Shown: positions 52,568-61,386, counted from the first letter of the stretch. The stretch is DNA of 64,000 nt from Candidatus Nanopelagicales bacterium (GCA_017857175.1 JAFMDS010000002.1:58704-122703), one strand, 5' to 3'. Notes: generated from the sequence alone by a model not told the origin. Numbers and translations: made by a program.

Positions 52568-53703
52568 TTTCAATCGCCGCAGTAGGAATTGAACTTCCTT
52601 TGGAGCGAGTGACGGGGATTTCAACTCGACTAATCCGAGGGCGCCACTTCTTGCTCGTTAGGTTGCACGACAATTCGACGGGTGTGGAAGGCGTTGGCTA
52701 CACATATGTGGGCAGTCATGGTTCACGTACGGCGGTCACGATGTTCGAGGAGGTATTTGCCCCTCTATTAAATGACATGATCTCGGAAAGCATTACTAAT
52801 ATCTGGGAAAAACTCTACCTTGAAACGCTGTTGATAGGTCGAGGTGGTCTTGCCATGCGTGTGCTGTCTGCAATAGATATCGCCTTGTGGGATCTACGGA
52901 CACGCGAAATGAATGTGTCACTTTCCGTCGCTCTAGGGGGGCGAGCCCAAGGTGTGCCCGCCTACGCTTCTGGTGGGTATTTTTATAGCGGAGTTGACCC
53001 AATCGAATCGATAACGACCGAGATGAATCAGAATGTAAAAAGTGGCTTTACCAAGCATAAAATCAAAGTTGGCGGATATGGCGTTCTCCAGGATGCTGAG
53101 CGGGTTGCAGCGGCACTTGAAGTATTGCCATTGCATCATGAACTTGCGCTCGATGCTAACAATGCATACGGGAACAGCTATGTCGCGGCAAAAGCTTTGG
53201 AGAAGTTTGAGTTGGCTGCGGGGGACAGGGGGCTCTGGTGGTTTGAAGAGCCACTAGGGCCCAGCGATGTCGAGGGGCATTCATTCCTCAAATCTAGGTT
53301 TGCTACACCCATTGCATCAGGCGAGATTCTGCAGACTCGCCATGAGGTTCGACCCTACATTGATGCTCGGGCTGTTGACTTTCTCCAAATTGATGCTGGT
53401 GTAATTGGAGGAATTACTGAGTTTGTCAAAGTAGCTCAAGCAGCCAGCGTTGCCCAGATGGCGATTGCACCTCACTGGCATGCGAATATCCATGGTCATC
53501 TGGCAACGGCGCTCGAAAATTGCGTGATCGTCGAGCATTTTATGTTGGAAAAGGATATATATAACTTTGAAATCTTGCTCACGCCAGACAGTCGAATGAA
53601 ATTTTCAAACGGAGAGGTTTTAGTCGAAAACACTACGGGTCTCGGGCTTACCTTCGATGAAGATAAAATCAATATGTTCAAGGTAGCTGACTTCAAATGG
53701 TGA
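52564..53703 (+). CDS. enolase-superfamily enzyme (mandelate racemase / acid-sugar dehydratase subgroup)
   Basis: The KxK motif (HKIKVGG) is present. The metal-ligand contexts are ALDANNAY, WFEEP and IASGE. The strand 6/7 pair reads FLQIDAG and APHWH. The length is 379 aa, with a 4-bp ATGA overlap on the upstream gene. Confidence 0.88.
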   Translation: MISIAAVGIELPLERVTGISTRLIRGRHFLLVRLHDNSTGVEGVGYTYVGSHGSRTAVTMFEEVFAPLLNDMISESITNIWEKLYLETLLIGRGGLAMRVLSAIDIALWDLRTREMNVSLSVALGGRAQGVPAYASGGYFYSGVDPIESITTEMNQNVKSGFTKHKIKVGGYGVLQDAERVAAALEVLPLHHELALDANNAYGNSYVAAKALEKFELAAGDRGLWWFEEPLGPSDVEGHSFLKSRFATPIASGEILQTRHEVRPYIDARAVDFLQIDAGVIGGITEFVKVAQAASVAQMAIAPHWHANIHGHLATALENCVIVEHFMLEKDIYNFEILLTPDSRMKFSNGEVLVENTTGLGLTFDEDKINMFKVADFKW

Positions 53704-54626
53704 ATATTGTGAACGGTCAGCCCAGGATTTTTGCCGGACCAAGCCCGTGGCCCGATTTAATCGAGCTGGTCAAGTCTCATGGTGTGCTCGTAACAAGCCC
53801 GCATGAAGCGGATATAATTCTGTGGTTTGGACGAGATCCCAATGAGATTGTTGGACAGTGGTCAGACAATCTAAAGTGGTTACAACTGCCCGATGCTGGT
53901 ATTGAAAAATGGCTAGTACCGCAGATCCTCGATGGTGAATTTCAAACCACAAGCGCCGCGGGCGCCTACGGTTCGCAAGTTGCCGAACATGCGTTGGCCA
54001 TGATCTTGGCCGGCCACCACGAAATCGTAAGTTCTGCCCGCTCAATGTCATGGGATCCGAAGTCCCTAAATGTTCGGACCTTAAGGGGATCAACCGTTCT
54101 AATAGTCGGAGCGGGAGGTATTGGTAGACATTTAGCGACACTCTTAATGGCCCTAGGTTGCGAGATCGTGTTTGGAACTCGTGAAACAGGACGGCTTGCA
54201 GGCGACTGGTCAGAGATCTCCTTTGATCAGCTTCAAGATCAACTTCATCGTTTCGACGTGGTCGTCCTCGCTTGCCCATCCACAGACAAGACAAGAGGCA
54301 TGGTGGATGCTGATTTTCTCGATCATATGGACAGGGATGCAAGCCTTATCAATATTTCAAGGGGCGATCTTGTAGTAACGGATGATTTGGTCTCCGCATT
54401 AACAGAACGATCCATTCGTTTCGCTGCTCTAGATGTAACGGATCCTGAACCATTACCACCTTCTCATGTGCTTTTTGGCTTGCCCAATTGTCTCGTTACA
54501 CCACACGTGGCAAATCCACCTACGGCGAAGATGGAAGGGTTTGTAAATTTTGCCAGCGAGAATCTTGAACTATTCATGCAGGGAAAAAACTTAAACGGAT
54601 TGATAAGCAGCAGTAAAGGTTATTGA
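53697..54626 (+). CDS. D-isomer-specific 2-hydroxyacid dehydrogenase family protein
   Basis: The NAD-binding motif is VLIVGAGGIGRHLA. The catalytic contexts NISRGDLV, ALDVTDPEP and TPHVAN supply the Arg/Glu/His triad. The length is 309 aa. Confidence 0.85.
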   Translation: MVNIVNGQPRIFAGPSPWPDLIELVKSHGVLVTSPHEADIILWFGRDPNEIVGQWSDNLKWLQLPDAGIEKWLVPQILDGEFQTTSAAGAYGSQVAEHALAMILAGHHEIVSSARSMSWDPKSLNVRTLRGSTVLIVGAGGIGRHLATLLMALGCEIVFGTRETGRLAGDWSEISFDQLQDQLHRFDVVVLACPSTDKTRGMVDADFLDHMDRDASLINISRGDLVVTDDLVSALTERSIRFAALDVTDPEPLPPSHVLFGLPNCLVTPHVANPPTAKMEGFVNFASENLELFMQGKNLNGLISSSKGY

Positions 54627-54668
54627 AGGTTAAGTCAGTAGTTACGTCGATGAAATAGAGGAGTAAAT

Positions 54669-56312
54669 ATGTCAAATGCGCACCTGATACAGAAGCCTCG
54701 TCCCGAGACAGCAGACGTATTGGTTATTGGTGCTGGCGCTTCGGGCTCCGTGGCCGTTCGCGAGCTCGTGCAGCAAGGCTTCAGCGTCGTCTGTCTAGAG
54801 CAAGGTGACTGGACCCCTGCGACCGAATTTACTGGTGATAAGCCTGAATGGGAACTAAGTCGACAAAAGCAATGGCACCCCAATCCAAACGTCCGACAAA
54901 ATCCATCAGACTACAGCGTGAATACGGACGATTCGGATGTCAATCCATTGATGTTCAATGCCGTTGGGGGCAGCACCATTCTGTACGCTGCACATTGGTG
55001 TAGGGCGCTGCCGTCTGACTTTCAGGTACGTACCCAAGATGGGGTGGCAGATGACTGGCCCTTCTCCTATGAGGATCTACTACCTTTCTACCAAGAGATT
55101 GAGCGAGACATGGCGGTCTCAGGTCTTGCTGGAAACACTGCCTACCCTGATGGGGGAGGCTATCCGCTACCCCCGCTCCCAATCGGTAAATATGGTCACA
55201 AAGCTGCCTCAGGCATGGACAAGCTCGGCTGGCATTGGTGGCCTGGCAACAACTCCATTGCTTCGAAGGCCGTAGGTCATCGAGCTCAGTGTCTGCGATA
55301 CGGCGCTTGTTTGACGGGCTGTCCTGCAGGTGCAAAGGCGAGCACTGACCTCACACACTGGCCATATGCGTTGGAACTTGGTGCCCATCTTGTTACTGGA
55401 GCGCGTGTTAGCGAAGTCACCGTCAATGCAGAAGGTCTTGCAACGGGAGCTAACTATGTCGATCGGGAGGGTAATGAGCAGCATCAGAAGGCAAAAGTCG
55501 TAGTGCTAGCAGGTAACGGAATCGGCACCCCTCGTCTTTTGTTACTTTCGAAGTCCAGTGCCCATCCCGATGGCTTGGCGAACTCGTCAGGGCTTGTTGG
55601 AAAGCGTCTCATGATGCATCCATATGCGGCAGTTGTTGGCACGTACGAAGACGAACTTGAAAGTTGGCTTGGCCCAGCTGGGCAGTCGATTGAGTCGATG
55701 GAGTTTTACGAGACTGATGCGAGCAGGGGGTTTGTTCGTGGGGCGAAATGGAATGTTATGCCAACAGGTGGACCACTGGGAATGCGCGCTGGATACGGTG
55801 GGAGACCTATCGAGGAGTCTTTCGGAGTCAATTTTCATCGTAATGTAAAGACCGTTCTTGGCAAGTCCTTCGAGTGGGGCATCATTGCGGAGGATCTGCC
55901 TGACGAAAACAATCAAATTGTTTTGGACAGTATTAATGTGGATTCAGACGGCATTCCTATCCCCGAACTGCACTACAAGAGTTCTGAAAACACTTCTAGG
56001 CTCATCGACTTCCACGTGGATCGAGCAGTTGAAGCGCACGAGGCTGCCGGGGCCACAACAATTTCCGTTACGAAGTTGATGCGCGATTGTGGTTGGCACC
56101 TTCTTGGAACAGCCCGAATGGGAGATGATAGTTCCACTTCGGTAGTTGATCAATTCGGTCGTGCCCACGATTGCCCCAATCTTTATGTGATCGATGGAAG
56201 CGTTTTTGTTACTTCATCTGGAGTTAATCCAACTGCCACCATTATGGCGAATGCTCTCAGGTCCATGCGACATCTCGCAGAGACACATACAGATCAGAAG
56301 ACCGCAAACTAG
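54669..56312 (+). CDS. GMC-family FAD oxidoreductase, Fe-S-type catalytic subunit (paralogue 1)
   Basis: The FAD motif is DVLVIGAGASGSVAVREL..CLEQG. The GMC C-terminus reads HLLGTARMG..VVDQFGRAH..NLYVIDGSVFVTSSGVNPTATIMA. The Cys motif C-x5-C-x3-CP (CLRYGACLTGCP) lies at nt 55290-55322. Confidence 0.88.
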   Translation: MSNAHLIQKPRPETADVLVIGAGASGSVAVRELVQQGFSVVCLEQGDWTPATEFTGDKPEWELSRQKQWHPNPNVRQNPSDYSVNTDDSDVNPLMFNAVGGSTILYAAHWCRALPSDFQVRTQDGVADDWPFSYEDLLPFYQEIERDMAVSGLAGNTAYPDGGGYPLPPLPIGKYGHKAASGMDKLGWHWWPGNNSIASKAVGHRAQCLRYGACLTGCPAGAKASTDLTHWPYALELGAHLVTGARVSEVTVNAEGLATGANYVDREGNEQHQKAKVVVLAGNGIGTPRLLLLSKSSAHPDGLANSSGLVGKRLMMHPYAAVVGTYEDELESWLGPAGQSIESMEFYETDASRGFVRGAKWNVMPTGGPLGMRAGYGGRPIEESFGVNFHRNVKTVLGKSFEWGIIAEDLPDENNQIVLDSINVDSDGIPIPELHYKSSENTSRLIDFHVDRAVEAHEAAGATTISVTKLMRDCGWHLLGTARMGDDSSTSVVDQFGRAHDCPNLYVIDGSVFVTSSGVNPTATIMANALRSMRHLAETHTDQKTAN

Positions 56313-56318
56313 GAAGGA

Positions 56319-56735
56319 ATGCTGATGCTTAATCCAGTACAAATAGAAACCTACAGCGCACTGGCAAATGAACTTATTCCTGCAGCAGAAGGAATGCCAA
56401 GCGCGTCTGAAGCTGATGTTCCAACCACCTGGATAAACACCGCCTTGGGGTATAGGCCGGATCTCGTCGAAGCATTTCTCAGATCGATTGACTCGTGCCG
56501 AGGAGAGGTTCCTGCTCGCGCACTCGAGAACCTGAATGCCAATGACACTGAAGCATTCGACGCGCTTGGCGTTTTAACTTCAGGTGCATACTTTCTCAAC
56601 CCTGGTGTCAAGGAATTGCTTGGTTATCCAGGACAGTTGCCGGTGCCGGCCCATGATGACACCGAAACCTATTTGGAGATTTTGGAACGCGTCGTCGATC
56701 GGGGTCCCATTTACCGGGCCTCAGTGAGCACCTGA
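56319..56735 (+). CDS. small protein resembling the gluconate 2-dehydrogenase subunit 3 family (gamma-like), no signal peptide
   Basis: The 138-aa protein has an N-terminal LANELIPAAEGMPSASEA segment. This matches the typical 'IP..g.PgAse' start of that family as I remember it. It has no RR motif and no hydrophobic signal. It lies 6 bp after GMC paralogue 1. Confidence 0.6.
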   Translation: MLMLNPVQIETYSALANELIPAAEGMPSASEADVPTTWINTALGYRPDLVEAFLRSIDSCRGEVPARALENLNANDTEAFDALGVLTSGAYFLNPGVKELLGYPGQLPVPAHDDTETYLEILERVVDRGPIYRASVST

Positions 56736-56742
56736 GGTCATC

Positions 56743-57207
56743 ATGGAGTTTCCACATCCATCCCGACCGGGTTATTACGGACTGGAATTCAGCAACGAAT
56801 TGTCATCAGCTATTGCGTTGGCGGCTGATGTACTCATTCCAGGTAACGAACATTACCCAAGCGCCTCATCTGCTCGCGTTGTCAATTTCATCGAAGAACG
56901 AAGCAGCGATCAGGATCGAGAAAACCTGAAACGAGTCATCGAGCTCCTTGGACCTGATTTAAGTTCAGAGGAGGCAATGCACGCACTCGAAATGGAGCAT
57001 GCGGAACTCTTTATTTGGTTTCGGGACTTTATCTACCATGCATATTATGCTTCCAATTTGGTTCTTGATGCGCTTTCCAAGAGGGGATACGCCTATCACG
57101 GTGCACCTCAACCGCTCGGGTATAGAACCGAGGTTAATCAGGCACAACCTAGGACGACGCGAGGATTTCATTTCAGTAGTGCGGAGGTAACTAAAAATCA
57201 TGGCTAA
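56743..57207 (+). CDS. second small gamma-like protein (gluconate 2-dehydrogenase subunit 3-like), no signal peptide
   Basis: The 154-aa protein has the segment LAADVLIPGNEHYPSASSA, analogous to its upstream neighbour. An 8-bp overlap joins it to the following GMC gene. It contains no Cys and no twin-arginine motif. Confidence 0.55.
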   Translation: MEFPHPSRPGYYGLEFSNELSSAIALAADVLIPGNEHYPSASSARVVNFIEERSSDQDRENLKRVIELLGPDLSSEEAMHALEMEHAELFIWFRDFIYHAYYASNLVLDALSKRGYAYHGAPQPLGYRTEVNQAQPRTTRGFHFSSAEVTKNHG

Positions 57208-58843
57208 TTCCGAAGAAGTCGATGTAATAGTTGTTGGAGCCGGAATGGCTGGGCTGAAGATCTCCCAGGTTCTTACAAATGCAGGTGCACGAGTCGTTTG
57301 TCTCGAACAAGGTCCAACTGTTGCTGCCGTGGATCATCCAACATTCACATCCGATTGGGAATTCTCAATTGGAAGAGAATGGGCTTTCAACCCCAATATT
57401 CGCGGTCTGGAGTACGACTTCCCAGTCGAAACAAACGGGACGTTTCAGCCTTACCTGTACAACGCGGTGGGGGGCAGCACTAATCATTACTCGGCTTTCT
57501 GGCACAGGCTTAAGCCAGTCGACTTTCTTAAAGGCACTGAGCACGGACTTGAGGGCGCTATCGATTGGCCCATCACCTATGAAGATCTTGCACAGTACTA
57601 CGACCTTACAGATAACGAGATAGGAATATCAGGCCTCAAAGGAGATAGAGCCTATCCCGATCGCAGCGATGCTCATCGTATGCCGTTAGTCGGCCATGGA
57701 AAATACGCCGCGATTATTGCCGAGGGCCTTGAAAAATTGAATGTGCATTGGTGGCCTGCAGATAACGCGATTCTTACTCAGCGTGTAGGGGATCGGCTGC
57801 CCTGTAATTCATGCGGCATGTGCAACCTGGGATGTCCAAGGGGTTCACTTGGTACAGCTCAGGATGTCTACCTGTCATCTGCGCTCGCCCGTGGTCTGGA
57901 CTTGAGGCCAGGGTCCCGAGTCTCTTCGGTTACAACGGACACGCAAGGACGTGCATCCGGTGTAATTTATACGGATATTGATACAGGCACAGAGCACAAG
58001 ATAACTGCACAAGTCGTTGTTGTATCTGCAAATGGCATTGGCACGCCACGTTTGCTTCTGATGTCTGAGGGATCGAAGCATCCCCAGGGTCTGGGTAACA
58101 ATAATGATCAGGTGGGCAGGTACTTCATGACACATGGCTACCGCTTAGCTGATATGTGGTTTGATCACTCCACAGAACACTACAAAGGGCCTTTTGGTGC
58201 AGGACCTTACGTGCAAGAGTGGTATGACACGGACCCGAATCATGATTTTGTAAATGGTGTGACGATCACATTTGGCGGCGCCTGGGGTCCTGCAGTCAGC
58301 GCATTGGGTGCAACCACGCGCACGCGGCCCGCGGCGTGGGGTAGCAAACATCATAACGAATTCGAGGAAAGATTTGACCGTCATATTTTTTGCGCCATTC
58401 AGGCGGACGATCTGCCAGTTGCCACGAATCGGGTGACTCTCGACCCCATTGTGAAAGATGCTGGTGGTCTGCCCGCGGCTAATGTGCATTACGACCTGCA
58501 TGAAAACACTAGGAAACTACTTGAATTTGGTAGTGACCGTCTACAGGAGATCGCAAATGCTGCAGGTGCAATCGGACTTGATCTTCAGCCAATGGACGAG
58601 CGATTCTCCCAGCCTGGATGGCATCTAATGGGGACGGCGCGAATGAGTGCAGATCCAGAAAATGGTGTGACGGACAAATGGAATCGTGTATGGGACACCC
58701 CTGGTTTGGTGGTTTGCGATGGTAGCTCCATGACCAGCGGGGGCGCGGGCAATCCAACATCGACAATTGTCACCTTAGCGGCTCGATGCGCGGACAATCT
58801 TGTCAAGAACATGGGGCAACCAGTTGAGGCCGCAGGTGAGTAA
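57200..58843 (+). CDS. GMC-family FAD oxidoreductase, Fe-S-type catalytic subunit (paralogue 2)
   Basis: The FAD motif is DVIVVGAGMAGLKISQVL..CLEQG. The GMC C-terminus reads HLMGTARM..NRVWDTPGLVVCDGSSMTSGGAGNPTSTIV. The Cys motif C-x2-C-x2-C-x3-CP (CNSCGMCNLGCP) lies at nt 57803-57835. At 547 aa it is exactly the same length as paralogue 1. Confidence 0.88.
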   Translation: MANSEEVDVIVVGAGMAGLKISQVLTNAGARVVCLEQGPTVAAVDHPTFTSDWEFSIGREWAFNPNIRGLEYDFPVETNGTFQPYLYNAVGGSTNHYSAFWHRLKPVDFLKGTEHGLEGAIDWPITYEDLAQYYDLTDNEIGISGLKGDRAYPDRSDAHRMPLVGHGKYAAIIAEGLEKLNVHWWPADNAILTQRVGDRLPCNSCGMCNLGCPRGSLGTAQDVYLSSALARGLDLRPGSRVSSVTTDTQGRASGVIYTDIDTGTEHKITAQVVVVSANGIGTPRLLLMSEGSKHPQGLGNNNDQVGRYFMTHGYRLADMWFDHSTEHYKGPFGAGPYVQEWYDTDPNHDFVNGVTITFGGAWGPAVSALGATTRTRPAAWGSKHHNEFEERFDRHIFCAIQADDLPVATNRVTLDPIVKDAGGLPAANVHYDLHENTRKLLEFGSDRLQEIANAAGAIGLDLQPMDERFSQPGWHLMGTARMSADPENGVTDKWNRVWDTPGLVVCDGSSMTSGGAGNPTSTIVTLAARCADNLVKNMGQPVEAAGE

Positions 58844-58868
58844 TTTTTCATCCCAGAACAACTCAAGT

Positions 58869-60071
58869 ATGTGGGACTTAGCCATCGTAGGGGGTGGCGT
58901 TGTCGGGCTTGGCATTGCAAAAGCATGGAAAGCGCGGAACCCTTCGGACAAAATCATTGTCCTCGATAAAGAGACCCACGTGGGCGCACATGCTTCGGGT
59001 CGCAACAGCGGCGTGCTCCATGCTGGCTTCTACTATGCGCCAGACTCACTCAAGGCGCGATTGACCAAAGATGGGAACGCGATGTTGCGGGCCTTTTGCT
59101 ATGAGCACGGAGTTCCGATTCGTGAAACAGGAAAAGTTGTTGTTACACAGTCTCATGCAGAGATACCGGCCTTGGAAGAGTTGTACCGCCGAGGTCTTCT
59201 CAATGACTGTGAGCTCGAGATTGTCGATGAAAATCAACTTCGGGAGCTCGAACCGCTGGCACGCACCGCAGGTAAAGCAATTTGGTCGCCTTTGACTGCC
59301 GTGTCAAGCCCCGTAGGTGTAACGAAAAAGTTGGCCGAGGTTGTTGTCGATCAAGGCTGCGAATTGCGATTAGGTGTATCAGTCGTTACTGGACGAGCAG
59401 GGGAACTAACTCTTAGTACAGGTGAGGTCATTCGCGCAGGTCATATTGTCAATGCAGCGGGACTCTATGCCGACAAAGTAGCTCACTGGTTCGATGTTGG
59501 CCTAGATTACAAAATGTTACCGTTCAAAGGGCTATACCTTTATAGCGATTGGCCAGACGGACGCCTGACTAGGCAAGTTTATCCGGTTCCAAATCCAAAG
59601 AATCCATTTTTGGGTGTACACGTGACCATTACCGTTGAAGGCAGAGTGAAAATCGGCCCAACGGCAATCCCAGCGTTAAAGCGCGAGGACTACGGCAAAC
59701 CTTATGCTTTGTTACCGAAAGAGTTGCTCGAGATTTCACGACTCTATCCCAGATTCCTGACCAGTCCACACCACAATGTCGCCGAATTAATCGCATCGGA
59801 GCTTCCAAAGTACAACAAAACATACTTGGTCAATCAAGCCAAGCCACTTGTTCCCTCGATAAATAAAAAGCATTTTAAGGAGCGAGGGAAGCCTGGGGTC
59901 CGTGCTCAATTGCTACATGTTCCGTCGAAGCAATTAGTAATGGACTTTCTCGTCATATCGGGGGAGAGTTCAACACACATGATGAACGCCGTTTCCCCTG
60001 CTTGGACAAGTTCCCTTGCCGTCGGTGAGTACACAGTTCAGAAAATACATGATGGCGGTTTCCCCGCATGA
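58869..60071 (+). CDS. lhgO: FAD-dependent L-2-hydroxyglutarate oxidase/dehydrogenase family protein (LhgO-like)
   Basis: The FAD motif is DLAIVGGGVVGLGIA. Matches to remembered E. coli LhgO include SGRNSGVLHAGFYYAPDSLKA, PFKGLYL, YPVPNPKNPFLGVHVT..G.VKIGPTAIPALKREDY, GVRAQ and NAVSPAWTSS. The ATG at 58869 is preferred over the ORF-track start at 58800. Confidence 0.82.
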   Translation: MWDLAIVGGGVVGLGIAKAWKARNPSDKIIVLDKETHVGAHASGRNSGVLHAGFYYAPDSLKARLTKDGNAMLRAFCYEHGVPIRETGKVVVTQSHAEIPALEELYRRGLLNDCELEIVDENQLRELEPLARTAGKAIWSPLTAVSSPVGVTKKLAEVVVDQGCELRLGVSVVTGRAGELTLSTGEVIRAGHIVNAAGLYADKVAHWFDVGLDYKMLPFKGLYLYSDWPDGRLTRQVYPVPNPKNPFLGVHVTITVEGRVKIGPTAIPALKREDYGKPYALLPKELLEISRLYPRFLTSPHHNVAELIASELPKYNKTYLVNQAKPLVPSINKKHFKERGKPGVRAQLLHVPSKQLVMDFLVISGESSTHMMNAVSPAWTSSLAVGEYTVQKIHDGGFPA

Positions 60072-60092
60072 AATCTAGAGAGGTAGTAGTCC

Positions 60093-60905
60093 ATGACTGA
60101 ATCAATAAACGCATTGAGCGAGGCGTTAAAGAATGCTTCAGTGTTTGATCTTGAACAACAGAGATTTATTGGGGCACCAATTTATCCCCACCATTGGCCC
60201 GGATTTGTCTACACGCTGCATCGCCATCACGTTGATGTGCCGGGACAGGCTCGAACGAGCGCATCAGGAACGGTAACTATGCAGGAACACAGCGGAACGC
60301 ACATTGATGCGCTGTGTCATCAAGCACTTGAAATGGAGATGTACGGGGGAATCAAGGTCAATTCTTCAAACCAGACGCCAAGAGGGTTTCTTGATCTCGG
60401 TGTGGAGACAATTGAACCTATTATTCGCCCAGCAGTTCTCCTCGATGTCGCTAGGAGCAAGGGCGTTGCACGGTTGCCCAAGGGCTACTTGATCACTCGG
60501 CAAGATCTTGAAGATGCAGCCGAATCCCAGGGTATAGCAATCATGAAGGGTTCCTGTGTCTTGATTCGAACTGGTTGGGGGGCAACTTTCAGCGATACAG
60601 ATGATTATCTGTCGGCTGCTGGGATATCGGCTGACGGTGCACTTTGGCTAGCTGAGCAAGGACCATTTCTCTGTGGCGCAGATAACGTGGCATTTGACTA
60701 TCCTGACAATGTCGACATCGAGTTGGGCTCTTTGCCATGCCACGTGGTTTTGATCATTCAAAATGGAATCTACATTGTTGAAAACCTGCTGCTGGAGGAA
60801 CTAGCTGCAGCGGAGTGCTGGGAGTTCACCTTTGTCTGCCTGCCACTCAAAATGCAAGGTGTGACGGGTTCTCCCGTGCGACCTTTAGCGATTAAAACAA
60901 ATTAA
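60093..60905 (+). CDS. cyclase-family metal-dependent hydrolase (kynurenine formamidase / isatin hydrolase fold)
   Basis: The signature HxGTHxDxxxH is present (HSGTHIDALCH). The length is 270 aa, and LIRTGWG is typical of the family. Confidence 0.8.
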   Translation: MTESINALSEALKNASVFDLEQQRFIGAPIYPHHWPGFVYTLHRHHVDVPGQARTSASGTVTMQEHSGTHIDALCHQALEMEMYGGIKVNSSNQTPRGFLDLGVETIEPIIRPAVLLDVARSKGVARLPKGYLITRQDLEDAAESQGIAIMKGSCVLIRTGWGATFSDTDDYLSAAGISADGALWLAEQGPFLCGADNVAFDYPDNVDIELGSLPCHVVLIIQNGIYIVENLLLEELAAAECWEFTFVCLPLKMQGVTGSPVRPLAIKTN

Positions 60906-60966
60906 TAGATCTGAAGCAATACAAAACAACCACAAGGCAGTACACAACTATCAAAAGGAGAAGATC

Positions 60967-61386
60967 ATGGAAGCAATCACTCTGGCAGCGGTAAAGCGCG
61001 CACTTGAAAGTGCCGAGAATAAAGCAAATGAAATTGGATCCCCTTCATCCATCGCGATTATGGATTCAGGTCGCGAACTACTTGGATTCGTTCGCATGGA
61101 TGGGGCGCTTCTTGCAAGCGCCGAGATCTCACAGGCCAAGGCCTATACCTCGCGATCCATGAACGCACCGACTTCCGCACTTGGAGAGTATGTGCAACCG
61201 GGCGCACCGTTGTTTGGCCTAGAGTCGGCACATTTCAAGGCTGGTCGTGCGCTGATCACGTTCGGCGGCGGTGTTCCAGTGACGATAAACGGCGAAGTTG
61301 TCGGAGCTGTCGGGGTAGCCGGCGGAAGCCCTGATCAAGATGAACAAATCGCATTGGCTGCAGCCGTAGTTCTTGAGGGCGCATGA
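60967..61386 (+). CDS. GlcG/HbpS-like (DUF336) heme-binding/degrading-domain protein
   Basis: The 139-aa protein has the family pattern ..AIMDSGRELLGFVRMDGA...S...S..KAYT.....T......GGVP...NGEVVGAVGVAGGSPDQDEQIA. AAGGAG lies upstream of the ATG. Confidence 0.72.
   Translation: MEAITLAAVKRALESAENKANEIGSPSSIAIMDSGRELLGFVRMDGALLASAEISQAKAYTSRSMNAPTSALGEYVQPGAPLFGLESAHFKAGRALITFGGGVPVTINGEVVGAVGVAGGSPDQDEQIALAAAVVLEGA

Noticed and set aside
53770-54342. Long antisense ORFs inside well-supported genes. Examples: 190 aa at 53770-54342 (-), 178 aa at 24343-24879 (-), 165 aa at 1080-1577 (-), 148 aa at 5412-5858 (-) and 158 aa at 7200-7676 (-)
   Set aside because: Each lies fully within a gene whose sense-strand product has clear family motifs. 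The translations are compositionally biased and contain no motif I recognise. These are typical shadow ORFs.
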